Below, piece by piece: positions 1 through 12,599 of a stretch of 64,000 nt of DNA. Numbering within the stretch: position 1 is the first letter of the stretch; every line of letters starts with the position of its first letter. This stretch comes from Bilabrum cf. latius (taxonomy: Eukaryota): the NCBI GenBank assembly GCA_965178125.1, contig OZ237754.1, forward strand, positions 310,001 through 374,000. Direction: 5' to 3'. The position numbers and the translations under genes are program-made. The notes beneath the pieces are model-generated. The model ran no database searches. It was not told the origin of the DNA and saw only the letters and a program-made list of their open reading frames with translations.

Positions 1-894
1 TTGCTGAACCAAGCGGGTGTACACGCCAAACCGATTTAAAAATGCCTGTCTTCTCTGGTATTCGATCGCCCAGACGAGGAGGCAGGCACCGATAGTACCT
101 ACGACAAGCCACTGCCACAAGAAATCAACTACTCGCCTGCCAAGCAAGCACTCAAACAAGACAACCATGGCGCTGTCAAAGACGCAAAACACCATGGACA
201 GCTCCGTTCCCATGGAGCCAAGGCTGATTGCGGCCAATTTGAGGACCGAATTCGTGCCTATCGCAAAATTCCTCTCTGCAGATGTCGTCAGCTGGACTGA
301 ACGCATGTTTTGAGCTGCCGACAAGCAGCACCAGCACACGAGCTCCAGTACAGACCGTGCTCCCATTTGCATCTTCAATCTGTACGTGTGTAGCAACAAC
401 ATGAGCAGCAGAGACACGATGAGAATAACTCGCAGCGATATTGCTATTGCAACGTCTTCGGCGGTGGGCAGCGAGGCGTCCACTGCAGTCGATACCAGAT
501 AAAACGAGCAGACAAACAGGCCCATTACAATAGTCCAGAACACTCGAGGTGCATCTGATTGGAGCGATGCAACCCTGTAGGCGACCTCTGTAGGAAGAGG
601 GTCCAGTCGGCTGAAACTTGCGTGAGGCCACACTGCCCAGGCTGAGGTCGAGGAGCTGGAAGCCAGCCCCCATAAAGTATTTGCTGAAGCGTTTGTTTGG
701 TGATCTATTCCATGGAATGCATGGCACCGGCATTGCCTGCTTGCTTGCGCTGGGTTCATCGACGAAGTTCCCAACAGCGCCAGCACAAGCCATTCAAACA
801 CCGTCTCGTGATGAACCTCCACAGCGGCCTCGCCTGGTAGCCATCTCGCAAATAAAGCCTTGAAGTATCGCGTCAGTCGCCGGTAACGACACAT
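1..894 (-). CDS. Multi-pass membrane protein, 5' part (runs off the left edge); TM block resembles those preceding class III nucleotide cyclase domains
   Basis: Minus-strand frame is open from ATG 894 to base 1 and is absent from the ORF track because no stop is reached. It has several hydrophobic segments (VFWTIVMGLFVCSFYLV, VAIAISLRVILIVSLLLMLLL, FLWQWLVVGTIGACLLVWAI) followed by EYQRRQAFL. Family assignment is inference; start and introns uncertain. Confidence 0.55.
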   Translation of the reverse strand, partial: MCRYRRLTRYFKALFARWLPGEAAVEVHHETVFEWLVLALLGTSSMNPAQASRQCRCHAFHGIDHQTNASANTLWGLASSSSTSAWAVWPHASFSRLDPLPTEVAYRVASLQSDAPRVFWTIVMGLFVCSFYLVSTAVDASLPTAEDVAIAISLRVILIVSLLLMLLLHTYRLKMQMGARSVLELVCWCCLSAAQNMRSVQLTTSAERNFAIGTNSVLKLAAISLGSMGTELSMVFCVFDSAMVVLFECLLGRRVVDFLWQWLVVGTIGACLLVWAIEYQRRQAFLNRFGVYTRLVQQ

Positions 895-1024
895 GGCAGC
901 GCCAATCGTGGCGAATGTATTGGCGATTCGGGGCGCAAAATGTTGCGACCAACTCGATGACTTGCCGATCGCGCGGCAATAAATGCTCGCTTCGCGCTTG
1001 CACTGCCGCACCCTCTTTCCTATA

Positions 1025-2032
1025 ATGGAACCTCTCATTGCCGGTACGATTGAAAAAGTTACCACTGGTTATGTAGTTGAAAGCGCAAAGAATGCTGCTG
1101 CGAAGGCAGCTCGAGACTGGGGTGATGCTCAGCAAGAAGGGAGCAGGTTGGAGCAAGGCATCTTGAAATCGATGCAGTCTTTGTCTAAGCACCTTAAAGT
1201 CATAGCGGAAGTCAAGGCTCACGTGAAAGGTCAAATTGAGCAGAATAGATAGCTCGCCAAGCGGTTAAATTATCTCCGAGAGGCAGAAATGGAAGCTGCA
1301 GCAGCCGCGAGCGCTGCAAACGAGCAGCTGCGCTCAGTCAACCGAAAAGCAGAGCTGATGCGCAGAAAAGCAGATGAGATGGAAAAGCATATTCTATTAC
1401 AACAGCAAGACGCTGCTCGGGCTGACCAAGATGTACGGCTCGCCGAGCAGGAGGTCCTCAGGCAGCAATCGCGCTCGCACCAGGTGCAAGAACTTTGGCG
1501 ATCTCAAGGCCGTGCTGTAGCGACTCCCAAGCAGACACCCCCGCCAGTGATTTCTCAACACGATGTGTGGACTAGCCGTGTTTGGTCCAATTCCAGCAGC
1601 ATATAGAGCCGCGTCTCGGTTGCCGATGCTCGCTCGGTTGGCTACAACCCCGAGGCTGCTACTGCAGCTGGTCTAGCCACAACCCCTCGCAAGGCAGCCC
1701 ATAGGCCGGAACCCCGGAGGCATCTCGATCAAATCGGACAGAAAAGGCCGCATACTGCCATACAAGGGCGGTACAAATCGGTGCTCGGCGCGATCACCAG
1801 CAGTCCTGGTGCAGTGAAGCTCAGCCCGCAAGCCGAGCCTGCTTTGCGTGGAAGGTAGGGGCTTGGCGTAGAACCGCCGAAGCAAACAAGCACAAACAAT
1901 ACGGGGCGCATGTACTCCAGGCAGGGAGGAGGCAGCCGTCGCACGCGGGCCCGGCGCTCCGATGCCAGCTCCAGCGTCGAGAGCGCCGCGTCGTCTCAGT
2001 CGACCTCCGAGATGGCCCTCTTTGTCGGTTGA
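1025..2032 (+). CDS. Hypothetical coiled-coil protein (~335 aa, TAG=Gln)
   Basis: ORF-track pieces 983-1252 and 1289-1606 share one frame, broken only by TAG (1250, 1604, 1856), and end at TGA 2030-2032. Q/E/A-rich helical composition. Confidence 0.6.
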
Positions 2033-2214
2033 CTCTTCCAAAGCGATCGAGCAGGTTTGTTTGAACCCTACCATGAGTTGCAATGGAAGCATAGTTGACC
2101 TCACTCGGTACCTTCCCCGTTCGCCCTGAAATCAATTTTGGTGATCCGATCCCACTGATCACACTGGCTGCTCCACCACTTCTCGATGCGTCCATAAATT
2201 CGCATTTTCTATCT

Positions 2215-3810
2215 ATGCAATTGCATCGAGCGATCCGTAGGGTTCCTGGTATACTTTCTGTATTGAATCAAGGCCGATCTGCTGGATTAAGGTTAGGAAT
2301 GGCATCGTCTGCCCACTCCAGGGGCTTGCGAGTTGGTGCAACCGTAAAGGAAGTTGGCGGCGGAGCAGCAAAGCTCTGGGGCGGTCGATTCACAGGAGCA
2401 ACGGATCCACTCATGGAAAAGTTCAACGCATCGTTCGGGTACGACCAGCGGCTTTGCTACGTCGACATTCAGGGTTCGGTAGCGTATGCCAGTGCGCTGA
2501 ATCGGGCCGGAATCTTGACGGAGGATGAGACGAAGCAGCTGCATGAGGGCCTCGAGAAAGTCAAGGCAGAGTGGACTGCAGGGGAATTTGTGGCTGTGCC
2601 TTCCGACGAAGACATTCATACGGCAAACGAACGGAGGCTCACAGAGCTGATTGGTCCTCTTGGCGGCAAGCTGCACACCGGGCGCAGTCGAAACGACCAG
2701 GTGGCAACAGACGTCCGCCTGTGGCTACGAGAAGAAATTGATGCGGTTCGAAGCGACGTTGCATCCTTGGTAAAGGTTATGGCCGGCCGTGCCGAGGCAG
2801 AGGTTGACGTCCTCATGCCTGGCTACACGCACCTGCAGCCCGCCCAGCCGATCAGGTGGGCCCACTGGCTCATGGCCCACGCGACTGCCCTCGCCCGCGA
2901 CGCAGACCGTCTGCAGGACTGTCGCCGCCGCACCAACGTGATGCCTCTGGGCTCGGGCGCCCTTGCTGGCCACCCCTTCGGTATCGATCGGGAGGCACTC
3001 GCCAAGGACCTCGACTTCGAGGGCATCTCCGGGAACTCGCTGGACGCCGTCAGCGACAGGGATTTCATCGCCGAGTTCATGTTCTGCGGGAGCCTGCTGG
3101 GCACGCACCTGAGCAAGCTGGCCGAGGACCTGATCATCTATTCCAGCTCCGAGTTCGGGTACGTCAAGCTGTCGGACGCGTACGCCACGGGCTCCAGCCT
3201 CATGCCCCAGAAGAAGAACCCAGACGCCCTGGAGCTGCTTCGGGGCAAGGCCGGCCGACTGATCGGGGGCATGACAGGGCTGCTGGTGACCCTCAAGGGC
3301 CTGCCCTCGACGTACAACAAGGACCTACAGGAGGACAAGGAACCCCTCTTCGACGCGGCCGATACGCTCCGTGACCTGGTGCCCATCACCACCGGGGTCA
3401 TTTCCACCTTGGAGCCCCGCCCGGACCGCATGAGAGCCTCTTTGGCCCCCGAGATGCTGGCCACGGACCTGGCGGATTACCTGGTCCGCAAGGGCGTCCC
3501 GTTCAGGGAGACCCACCACGTGGCGGGGGAGGCCGTGCAGCTGGCGGAGAACAAGGGGTGCAAGCTGGACGAGCTCAAGGCGGGGGATCTCAAGCCGCTG
3601 CACCCGCTCTTCGGGGATGACGTGGAGGATGTGTGGTCCTTTGAGGCTTCGGTGGAATCTAGGGCCTCGGCGGGGGGCACCGCGAAGGCGCCGGTGCTGG
3701 AGCAGGCGAGGGCGCTTCAGGCATGGGCCAATGGGGTGCTGGCAGCCAAGCCCGCGGGTGATGGCGCTGGAGCGGCAGCTGGAGGTGCCGGCAGCGGGGC
3801 CTCGAGCTGA
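2215..3810 (+). CDS. ASL: Argininosuccinate lyase
   Basis: Motifs KLWGGRF, DEDIHTANERRL, KLHTGRSRNDQ, MPGYTHLQ, GSSLMPQKKNPD, STYNKDLQEDK, YLVRKGVPFRETH. Intronless, TGA stop, no TAG. Start is ATG 2215 or 2299. Confidence 0.96.
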   Translation: MQLHRAIRRVPGILSVLNQGRSAGLRLGMASSAHSRGLRVGATVKEVGGGAAKLWGGRFTGATDPLMEKFNASFGYDQRLCYVDIQGSVAYASALNRAGILTEDETKQLHEGLEKVKAEWTAGEFVAVPSDEDIHTANERRLTELIGPLGGKLHTGRSRNDQVATDVRLWLREEIDAVRSDVASLVKVMAGRAEAEVDVLMPGYTHLQPAQPIRWAHWLMAHATALARDADRLQDCRRRTNVMPLGSGALAGHPFGIDREALAKDLDFEGISGNSLDAVSDRDFIAEFMFCGSLLGTHLSKLAEDLIIYSSSEFGYVKLSDAYATGSSLMPQKKNPDALELLRGKAGRLIGGMTGLLVTLKGLPSTYNKDLQEDKEPLFDAADTLRDLVPITTGVISTLEPRPDRMRASLAPEMLATDLADYLVRKGVPFRETHHVAGEAVQLAENKGCKLDELKAGDLKPLHPLFGDDVEDVWSFEASVESRASAGGTAKAPVLEQARALQAWANGVLAAKPAGDGAGAAAGGAGSGASS

Positions 3811-4023
3811 AACTCCTCTGCCTGCGCACGAAATGCGTTCTGATGTTTCGGTTGCAGAGAGATAACCCCGAGACTTGAAGCGTGTCTTGTGAGAAAGGCT
3901 AGCAGCAGTTGGCTACTTTTTCGCACTGCAAATCGGCAAATCGGCCAAAAAGAATACGTTTATGGCACAAAGTTGAGATCGAGCCAAATCGGCCAAAGTA
4001 CGCATTAGGCAAAGAGGTCAGGC

Positions 4024-4494
4024 TTACTCCTTCGCACCGGCCTCTCGAAGCAATTGCTCGCACTCACCATGACCGCCAATTTGTGCTGCTTGCAGTGGCG
4101 TGAGCAATTCACCGTGCTTGGTGGAGATTTTGCCTCTCGTCACCAGCCCCCCGGCTCGCTTTCCCAGTCGCAGCCTCCGTTGCAGCTCCATTGGCCTGCC
4201 CTGCGCGGCTGCCTCAAATACCAAGCTGGCATCCGTCTTGGCCTCGTGCGCGCTCCTCCACAGGGCAAGATCTGCCCTTCTGAGCGGATTCAAATGCTGC
4301 ATCTCCTTGAGTTCGCCCTTCTTGCACATCCTAAATGCGAGCTCGATGCAGTGCACGGTGGACTGGCAGCTCTCCATGGCACGCAGCAGGGCGGGGTGTG
4401 GCGTCGGGTCCTGAACACCAGGCCTGTACAACTTATAAAGTATGATATAAGTAGCTCCAAGGGCCGAAATCAGCGTATAAGTGGCATTTTCCAA
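4024..4494 (-). CDS. Ankyrin-repeat-like C-terminal fragment or last exon
   Basis: LVFEAAAQG...TPLQAAQIGGHGECEQLLREAGA resembles ankyrin repeats; TAA stop. No ATG at the 5' end, so an upstream exon is missing or this is a relic. Confidence 0.45.
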   Translation of the reverse strand: MENATYTLISALGATYIILYKLYRPGVQDPTPHPALLRAMESCQSTVHCIELAFRMCKKGELKEMQHLNPLRRADLALWRSAHEAKTDASLVFEAAAQGRPMELQRRLRLGKRAGGLVTRGKISTKHGELLTPLQAAQIGGHGECEQLLREAGAKE

Positions 4495-4859
4495 CTTGAT
4501 TTTCAGGGTAACCAGGAGGTTTCGTGAGTAAATAATAGTAGAAATTCAATATTTAATAGATGAAATATTGTCTTGTGCGGTGCTTGCCCCGCAATATGGC
4601 GTGGAAGTCTCGAGAGTGAACTCCACGTAGGCGTGCTCCCGAGCCGCGCTCCCGTCACGTGCCTGGGCCCAAACTCTCTGTCACAGGCATCGTGTGCGGC
4701 ATCGAAGGCCCCCAAGTGCTTCAATTAAGAATAATTGAATCATTTCTGTCCCCCGATTTGTCTTGACTTGTATTGGTGCAGCAAAATCTTGTATCCTCCA
4801 GCGCCAGTTGGAATTCGGCGGCCGTTCATTTACACCGATGTGGGAGATGGTTACGCCAC

Positions 4860-5120
4860 AGAAGAGACTCCAATATCATTATATCGGCGTTTGTGTGCTC
4901 AGTCGTGTCACTCTCGACACGTCCGGGCTTGGCTACGGCTGGGACAGCTGATGGCTTCCGTGCCCGTGTCTACAGCTCAGGTGGAAGGGACGGTTGCACG
5001 GATTGGAAACGCTCTCGAAATGAAAGGAGCAGTATGCCATTGCACATGATTACACATGAGTGCGTGCAGAAGGCTAATGAGCGACTAAAGCTAGCAATCC
5101 TCGCCGTAGCCGACCATGGC
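4860..5120 (+). pseudogene. Possible hAT transposase C-terminal dimerisation-domain relic
   Basis: ETPISLYRRL...AWLRLGQLMASVPVSTAQVEG resembles the hAT LxxPxSxAxxERxFS motif. A plausible continuation (KRSRNERSSM...ECVQKAN) lies in another frame. Judged by eye only. Confidence 0.35.
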
Positions 5121-6447
5121 GAGAGCTCACTTACGCGAAGGCAAACATCGCCTAGACCTTCAAGGCGATGTACAGCAGCACGATAAAGGCCGCGGTTACA
5201 CACCCAAATGGTGATGATGCAAAGGGGTGCGACAGGGATGATGAGAGCAGCGACTCCGATTAGAATGAGCTTGTTCTCGGCGGCGGTCGCCCGTAACGAA
5301 GTATGTCTCTCGACACTGTGTCAAAGATAACTGGATCTGCTGATCAAGGTAACTCGGTACGAGCCTTAGGAAGCAGTAGTGTGCCTCTAGGTAGAGCTTG
5401 TCTTTCTCCGGCCAATTTCAAGCTTGGGAACAAGCGCTCCCCGCCGAAATCTACACCTTTTTGTGACCTCGGACTTGGTGATGGCAGCTGTCTACAGATT
5501 CCGGGGACGAATACGAAGACGCCGCAGCGGGGTTCAGGAAGAGCTGTGTCGACGATGAGAATGCCGACCTGTGCGTGGGTGAGGCCGAGCCACCATCATT
5601 AGATGACAACCTGAGTGGGGAACGACTGGGTGAGGGAGGCTGAGGTCGTGGGCTGGTCACAGCGCTTAGGCGAGTCGACAAGTCGTGTGGCATGATTGAG
5701 GTGAACGAACGGGGGGTGGATGGAATGGAGGAAAGGTGGACGGGGTGGACGGGGTGGATGAAGCATGGGGCACAGACAGGGCATGAATGTAAGAAGGGAC
5801 GGTGGGGACCGGAGGGGTTCCGGATTAGGATGGGGGGTAGGAGAGGATACAATCTCCCCATCCAGATGCCGTCATCGGTAGGATCGGCAGTCACAGATAA
5901 GTCGGACGCGGTGCCACAGCCATTGGCGACAAGACAGCGAGATTGAGGACTCTGAACTGCTGTACACAAAGGCGTGATGCAGAGGTGGTTACTCTCGCGC
6001 CAGAGCCGGATCGGGTGCGTCCACAGGATGGAACGATGGTGAGACCAACGAGTCTGGCTCAGTTCCTTGAGCTCCATGCCCGGAACGGAACGTGGGAAGA
6101 CACGATCCACGTCGATGCGCTCGCAACGGTAAAGGAGGGGTATTGGTCTACAAGACGGTCCGATCGTTCAGAGACGGACCTGTTGGGTCTAAGGAGGTCG
6201 GCGTCGAGTACGATGGAGGCACTACACGTCTGTTCCTGGGCGCAATTCCAGAGTGCGTGAGATGGCACGCTACATGCGAGATCGACTGGCATTCAGGGGC
6301 TATCGGTAAGACAGGTGGCGTGGTGGAGAACGTCGGCCAGGAGTCACCAGGTCGGCCTCTAAGGCGGCCACAGTGCATATATTTTTGCAATTGAATGCTA
6401 GAATACAGGTGGGCAAACACTATAGTGTACATAGAACAAGGTTTTAG

Positions 6448-7590
6448 TCACTGTAGAGCCAGGGAACAGTGTCCAAAGATATAAGTGTCCGCAGAGGCCA
6501 AAAACAGCACATAGGATGCCTTTATAAGTTTCCTACTTATATGTTCGAACTCTGTTTTGACCACATAAGGTGTACAGGCCTGCTGAACACCTTCCATCTG
6601 TTCCATGTATGTGGCGCCTTCCCGGAGCTCGTCTCGGACCATGCAGTGCTGCAACGGTGTGTGGCCTCTGTCGTCTTCGATGGACAGCGAGGCGCCTCCT
6701 GCCAGCAGGGCAACCGCCGGGGCGACCTTGCCAAAGTAGGCGGCGGCAAACAGCGGCGAGCGGCCTTGCTGCGAGAATGGCCAAACTTTGCAAAGCCAAG
6801 CCAGGACGCTCTACAGCATCACTCTAAAATTCTACAGGTTTGGGCCATCCAATTTCGCCCAGCGCTTTCTCACAATGTCCCTCGCATTCGGATTAGCCCC
6901 ATACTGGATGAGCAGCTGCACGGCGGCGTGGCTGTCGACTCCCACAGCATTGAAGAGGGGCGTCCCACCGAACTGCAGGAGCGCGTAGAGGGATAGTCGA
7001 GATGTGGGAATAGACAGGGAGGGGTGCGGGAGAGACTCGGAGCGCCTGTATTGCAGCAGCAGCAAGCCGCGCCAGGTGACAACAGCACCTGCTGCAAGAA
7101 GTAGTGCTTGATCGGAATCCTCCTCACGTAATCGCAAAGGTGCACGTCTGCCCCGTGGCGCAGGAGCGTGCTCAGACCTCCGGCTCCCACGTAGGGCACC
7201 ACGTCCACCGCGGCGTGGACCGCGCTTCGACCCCACTGCGCCGACTTGAGGTCACTACAATTCGTATTATGCTGCATACACAAGGTTTAGTAGACGAGCA
7301 GATGAATTGTTTGTCTTGAGGTGCTCACACCCTCCTCGTCGTCCTGCCCGGACACATCTGCCCCGTGCTCGAGCAGCAGCTGCGCAGTCTATAAGCCGCG
7401 CGGAAATGACATTTGGGCCTGGATTGCCTCTGCCACTGGACAACTAGCGCCTTCCTGATACCCAAGTCGCGTTGGAAAGATACCCTAGTCTAGCAGGTTT
7501 CCGCAAGCTGTCACATTGCCCCTGGCACTGGTGATCCGTAGCAGTTTGTCCTTCGAGAGTACGAGATGAAAGACAACAGCAGCAATGGAT
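6448..7590 (-). CDS. Ankyrin-repeat protein, multi-exon (5' end uncertain)
   Basis: Exons ~7590-7329, 7235-7128, 6972-6874 and 6768-6448, separated by phase-0 GTGAG...CAG introns. Product includes LLLEHGADV, GRSAVHAAV...LLRHGADV, GGTPLFNAV...LLIQYGANPNARD, GRSPLFAAAYFG, GHTPLQ. Two TAGs in the first exon; TGA stop. Confidence 0.75.
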
Positions 7591-9266
7591 TCTCAAACGA
7601 CCAATTGCTCTCTGTTGTGATCGGTGGCAGTCAAGATAAGTTCTGATTCTTACTGCGAGGGAGTACCAGACGCCCCCTGGGTTCGTGTTTCGGCTCAAAA
7701 GGCCACTGTCAGCCGACTGTATTAGAAGTTCACTAAATGTGTTAGTGTCTGATCTGTAGGCTGCTTCTACGAGGGCATCAATTTGTCTGCACCAGGAATT
7801 GCGAGGTAGCTACCCACGGGAACGACTGCGAATTCACAGTGACTAGGACGAGCCTGGCGACAAATAAGTCTCTCACACATCAACATCGGACTTCTGATGA
7901 ATAGTTTTGGGCGTGGACCGAGATTTTCTCATGTTCGAAAGCCTCTCTGTCCGGTGCTGCTGCAAGCCACATGACCGTGCAGTGCAACAGGATCGGTCTC
8001 CGGATCACTGATGAGATCCGTGTAGAGCAGGCGCCACAGGGGACCACTGCCGAGGTGGACATGCCTTCGGCAGTGGCAGATGTGCCATCAGAGGACAGGA
8101 CAGAACAGAAGCCACTACCGCCAACGAGCGGTCGCTTGGATCTCTCAGACCGGGAGGAGCGCACCGGCCAATGTCGAGGCAATGCCAACAGTTGATGAGC
8201 CCGGAGGCAGACGCAGAGGCACATAGCTAGGGCAGGATTGCGTTGGAAGCACAGCAAGAACAGCGCGGCCTGGTGGCCGGTACGATAAGACGGGCTGGTA
8301 CTGGCTAGGCATGGACAGCGGAGGTAGCAGGGGTGGGACATCGCCTGATGGCAACGGTAGGGCAAAGCGAGTCAGCATCGTCAGGCGACCTGGCCAAACC
8401 GGCGGCACACTCCAGGATGCACCCGCCGCCCTACGTCGTGATCGAGCTGAGATAGATAGACGAGGGCTGCAGGGGTGGGCTCCAGTGCACACGGGCAGCG
8501 CAGATGCCCCACGCTGCTTGCCGTGGAATTTGACCAGCAAGAACGGTCCGCCTTGGCAGTGGACGTGTCGCATCCTTCAGCATCGAGCTGGAGTACTCCC
8601 GGGACAGCTTACCAGGGAGTTTTGTGAGGAAGCATGGTCTGCCTGCTAGGTGGGAGGTCCGCGTGGAGGCTGCACTTCTTCAGAATGCTGCCCTTGCTTG
8701 GCAATGGGCTGAGCTGGTAGGGGTGCTTGGAGCGGGCAGCGACGGGGCGACTGCCAGTGGGCGCAGGCAGCGGAGACGGTCGCACCCGGAAAATTCAGGC
8801 ATGAAACAGGCGGGATGCACTTCTTAGAGGTACGGCACGTTCGCACCTGCATACAGTGCAGACGGCATGCAGCGTCGACGGACCATTGTGGGCCACCACC
8901 AGTCTTCATTGCATCAATCATGATTTGGCTTCCGATTCGGAATCGCGAGCTACGCGAAGAAAGTCAAACAATCAAAGGGCTGAGTTTAGCGGATAGGATA
9001 TTTATATTAATCTAGCCCCGAGACACTGGTTGATCCCGCCTGAATCACCAGATTTCTCGTTGAACTGGCGTTGGCACCTAGTATTGGTTCGAATTGAATC
9101 GCTCGCAATGCGGTAGACCCAAAGTTGGGCCAATAACGTGTGGCAATCCGCTAGATCATTGGACTACAATCGACTAAAATCGGTTGCAATTCCGGCAGAA
9201 AGTGAAATTTTCAAGATCATCAATTCTCGACAGACCGTAGTCTAGGCTCTATGCTCTGCCTTTTAC

Positions 9267-12260
9267 ATGTCTACTCGCTCGCTATCGTACCGCCAAGCGA
9301 CGTCCATAGGGGTACCACAGGAGAGATTAGATCATTTTTTCCGCCTGGACAAAAGTCACATCGACCCTGCCCCGTATCTCGTAGATTCTGTGGAGGAGCT
9401 AACGGAGTACGTGCAGCAATCCACCGACGATTGGGAGATGTTCCGAGGCATACCATGCCCGTCTAGTGATTATGATGATGCATTTGATATGACACCCGAA
9501 GAGGAGACAGGTCCACGGGTGGCCAAAAGCTCCAAAGGACAGCTGGTCATCACTCTAGCGGAGGCCAAGCGTAGATTCGGCGCTTGCCTTCGTCTGATCA
9601 TGCGAGCATGCGGTGGCGTCAAATCGAGATATTTCGCCCTGTCACTACACCAGGTCATCTATCGGCACCAATCGGACCGGCCGTGCGGCATCGGAATGCC
9701 TCCTCACCCCTTGCTTCTTGCCCTCGGTCGGAACCTGCCAGGCGTGCCAGAGATGATCCGCGCGATCTCCAGACAGGTGGACGGAAGCCGAGAACTGTCC
9801 CGCGACTTCTAGTCCTACTCCCTATTGTGCGATAAAACATCTGGAATGCCGTTCCTCCGCAGCGCCAGGATCCCAGGCACCGACCACGGCCTCCTTGTCC
9901 TGGCCGCTAGATCAGGGTGCGTGGAGGGCATGAAGGCCCTGAGGGCTCTGGACGTCGACATGAGGGCGGCGGGGGCGGCCCTACACGAGGCGTGCAAGTC
10001 ATCACAACCCGCTTGCATTCGGTTCTGCATCGATAACATCGGGCTGAAGCTTGGCAGCATTGGAAGCATGCGCAGGCGGCGGCTGGCGATGCTGAGCAGG
10101 CAGGCACACGGGTTCACCGGGTTCGACCTGCTCGTTGACTCTTACGGCATGGGCGAAAAGCTGACTCCGGCCTAGTGGAGAACAAAGGTCGTGCAGGCTA
10201 TTGAGGGCAAGCAGCAGATCCTGCTCTCTTTAGCAAAAAGGGGCCACAGACCAGACCGAGGAGGGCTCTAGGCGGCTGGCTTGGACCTGGCACAAGCTGG
10301 GCGTAACCTGCTCTTGATCGCCATTAAGTCTGACCTGGGATTTGATGCCGCGCTCGACATTTTCATCAGCATGAAATGGGCCTGGCAATTCATCGCGGCG
10401 GCGCTGGGCGAATTCAACCAACCGGAGTGTCCCACCCCGCTGTGGGAGAGCCCGCCTATGCCAAGTGCCCTCTAGGCCCGCAGGATCTATCGTGCTACAG
10501 AGAGCCTGCTACGACGCGGGCTGATGGATCTCAATTAGATCATTGCGCGCATTCGATCGTCTCCGGACATGCGGTAGTTTGAGCTGGTTTGCAGACACGG
10601 GTACCAGTTGGACTACGACATGTTCCAGGCGATGCTGAATCACTCTGTGAAGGAATCAAATCCCAGGGCTCGATGCCACTGGCATCGGTGCTGGAGCAAC
10701 CGATGGGGTATTCCAGGGAGCATACGGGAGCTGCTTGCATCGTATCGTGTCGAAGCCCCGGGCTAGGGCTAGGTACCGCTGGGTTCCTGTGTGGCATTCG
10801 CGATCATCTAGGCCACGGATTACGACGGCCAGTCCGAGGCAGTCAGAAGACTGAACCACTGGATCATTCCAGGGGCGGCCATGCGAGCTGCTATATCGGA
10901 CGGGCACATGCAGGCGATATTGTCCACCCCCAGGGCGATTGGTGCCGAGTTCGAGGGGCGACTGTCGCTGCTGGCCCTTGCCACTGCGCGGAACCTACCC
11001 GTAGTAGCTGCCTTCCTCCTTCTGCGAGGAGCGAAGCTACACCCAGATCACGATACAAAGGCACCGGCAAAGATTGACGCGCTATTCGAGCCGCACGGGT
11101 GGGAAGACGATATAGACAGTTATGAGACTTCCATGGGGCTGCTCGAAGAGGGGGACATGGCTGGTCTGCGACGGCACCTGTTGGATAGGCAGCAGGTGCT
11201 CAGACAAGCAATCTCTGCCATGGGTGGCAGTCTCACGAGGCGGTAGCAGCTGTCACGATGGCGCACCGCGCGTCGAGTATCGCTGGCAGTGCAGCGCGGC
11301 TGGCAGTGCGCCAGGGAGGGTGACATGGGGAGACTCAGGCTGGCGATTCGACACGGGGCGAGGGGAGGCCTGCTGCAGGAACGGCGGGGGATGTTAGTTC
11401 GGCGAGTGGAAGCAGTAGCAGCAGCCAATTGCACCGGTGGAGATGCTGCGGGGCACGAATACGCGAGCGATGGGTGCACCTTGCTGATGGCCGCTGCGGC
11501 CAGCGGCCGCACTGACATCACCAGAGCGTTGCTGGCGCTCGGCACGGACCCCAGGGAATCCAGCGATGACGGTGCTACTGCTGCAGTATGGGCACAGCGG
11601 GGGGGATCGGCAGAGAGTGCGGCCGTGCTTCGAGAGGCTGAGGGGACGTTCGCCAGGATGGCGCGACTGAGCGCCGAAGCCACCGCAGCTCTCGAGGCGC
11701 TGCAGCGAGCCAGGCTGCTGGAGCCCAGTCCGAATACCAAGCAAGCGCTGGAGATGGGTCGCATGGCGGCTGAAGACAGGATCAGCGCGGCGTGGGGGGG
11801 CCGACGAACGATGCTGGTAAGGCACGGACATGCATGCGTGCGAGTGGTTCTCGGGTGGGGGGAGGGGCCCGCGGTTGTCTGCAGCTCACAGACGTTGGGG
11901 GGCTCCCAAAGGCTGGCAGTAGCGGACCGCTTGGGTCAATCCCAGTCCACCAGCAGTGGCGCGCTGGAAGAGAGCCTGGGCAGGGTTTGCCTCCCGAACG
12001 GCGGGAGAGTTGGCTTCAATGCCGGGATGCCGCAGTGGGAGCACTCCGGGGGCGTCCTGCTGAAGAGGAAGCGCGCCAGGCACACGGCCAAGCAAAACTA
12101 GGAGGCACCGCAGGCAGTTCACCGCGCAGCGACGCAGGTGCAAGAAAGGCCCCACAGGATCGCAGCCAGGAGACCGGTTAGGCGAAGCGAGCCTGGCGTG
12201 GCTCCGCCGCGCCGTGCGATTCTGCCTTCCGTGCTACGAGCCAAGGCCCCTCCGTTCTGA
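9267..12260 (+). CDS. Large ankyrin-repeat-containing protein (~900-1000 aa, TAG=Gln)
   Basis: Five ORF-track pieces share one frame interrupted only by TAG (10 before 11816). Ankyrin-like LLVLAARSG, ALHEACKS, DGCTLLMAAAASGRTDITRALLALG. A possible intron at 11817-11884 makes the C-terminus uncertain; unspliced stop is TGA 12258-12260. Confidence 0.7.
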
Positions 12261-12599
12261 GTCAGAGTCGATCGAACTTATGCATGTACTGTTGCTACGT
12301 GGGGTTGGACTGTTGGCTCTAGCTCTTGGGCTACTGGCAAGAGTGGACTGTTGGTGAAGCGGTGCAAGGCACGGCACCACCGCCACATGCTCAGCACATT
12401 TGCTAGGTCATAGACTAGTAGTGTAGTAGCGCAATAGAGTGGACCATTAAATGGATTCGTTCGTATTGACTGACTCCACGCGCTACCGATGCCCACGGTC
12501 CGGAACCCAGCCTCAGATAGCGTGCAATTCCGGTTTTTTGCCAGTTGCCGTTGGGCAAAGATGCGTTCTTGGCCACAAACAGACGCATCAGTGCAGAAA

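Noticed and set aside
7880-8921. Short ORFs between the ankyrin genes
   Set aside because: No consistent frame or recognisable motif even with TAG=Gln.
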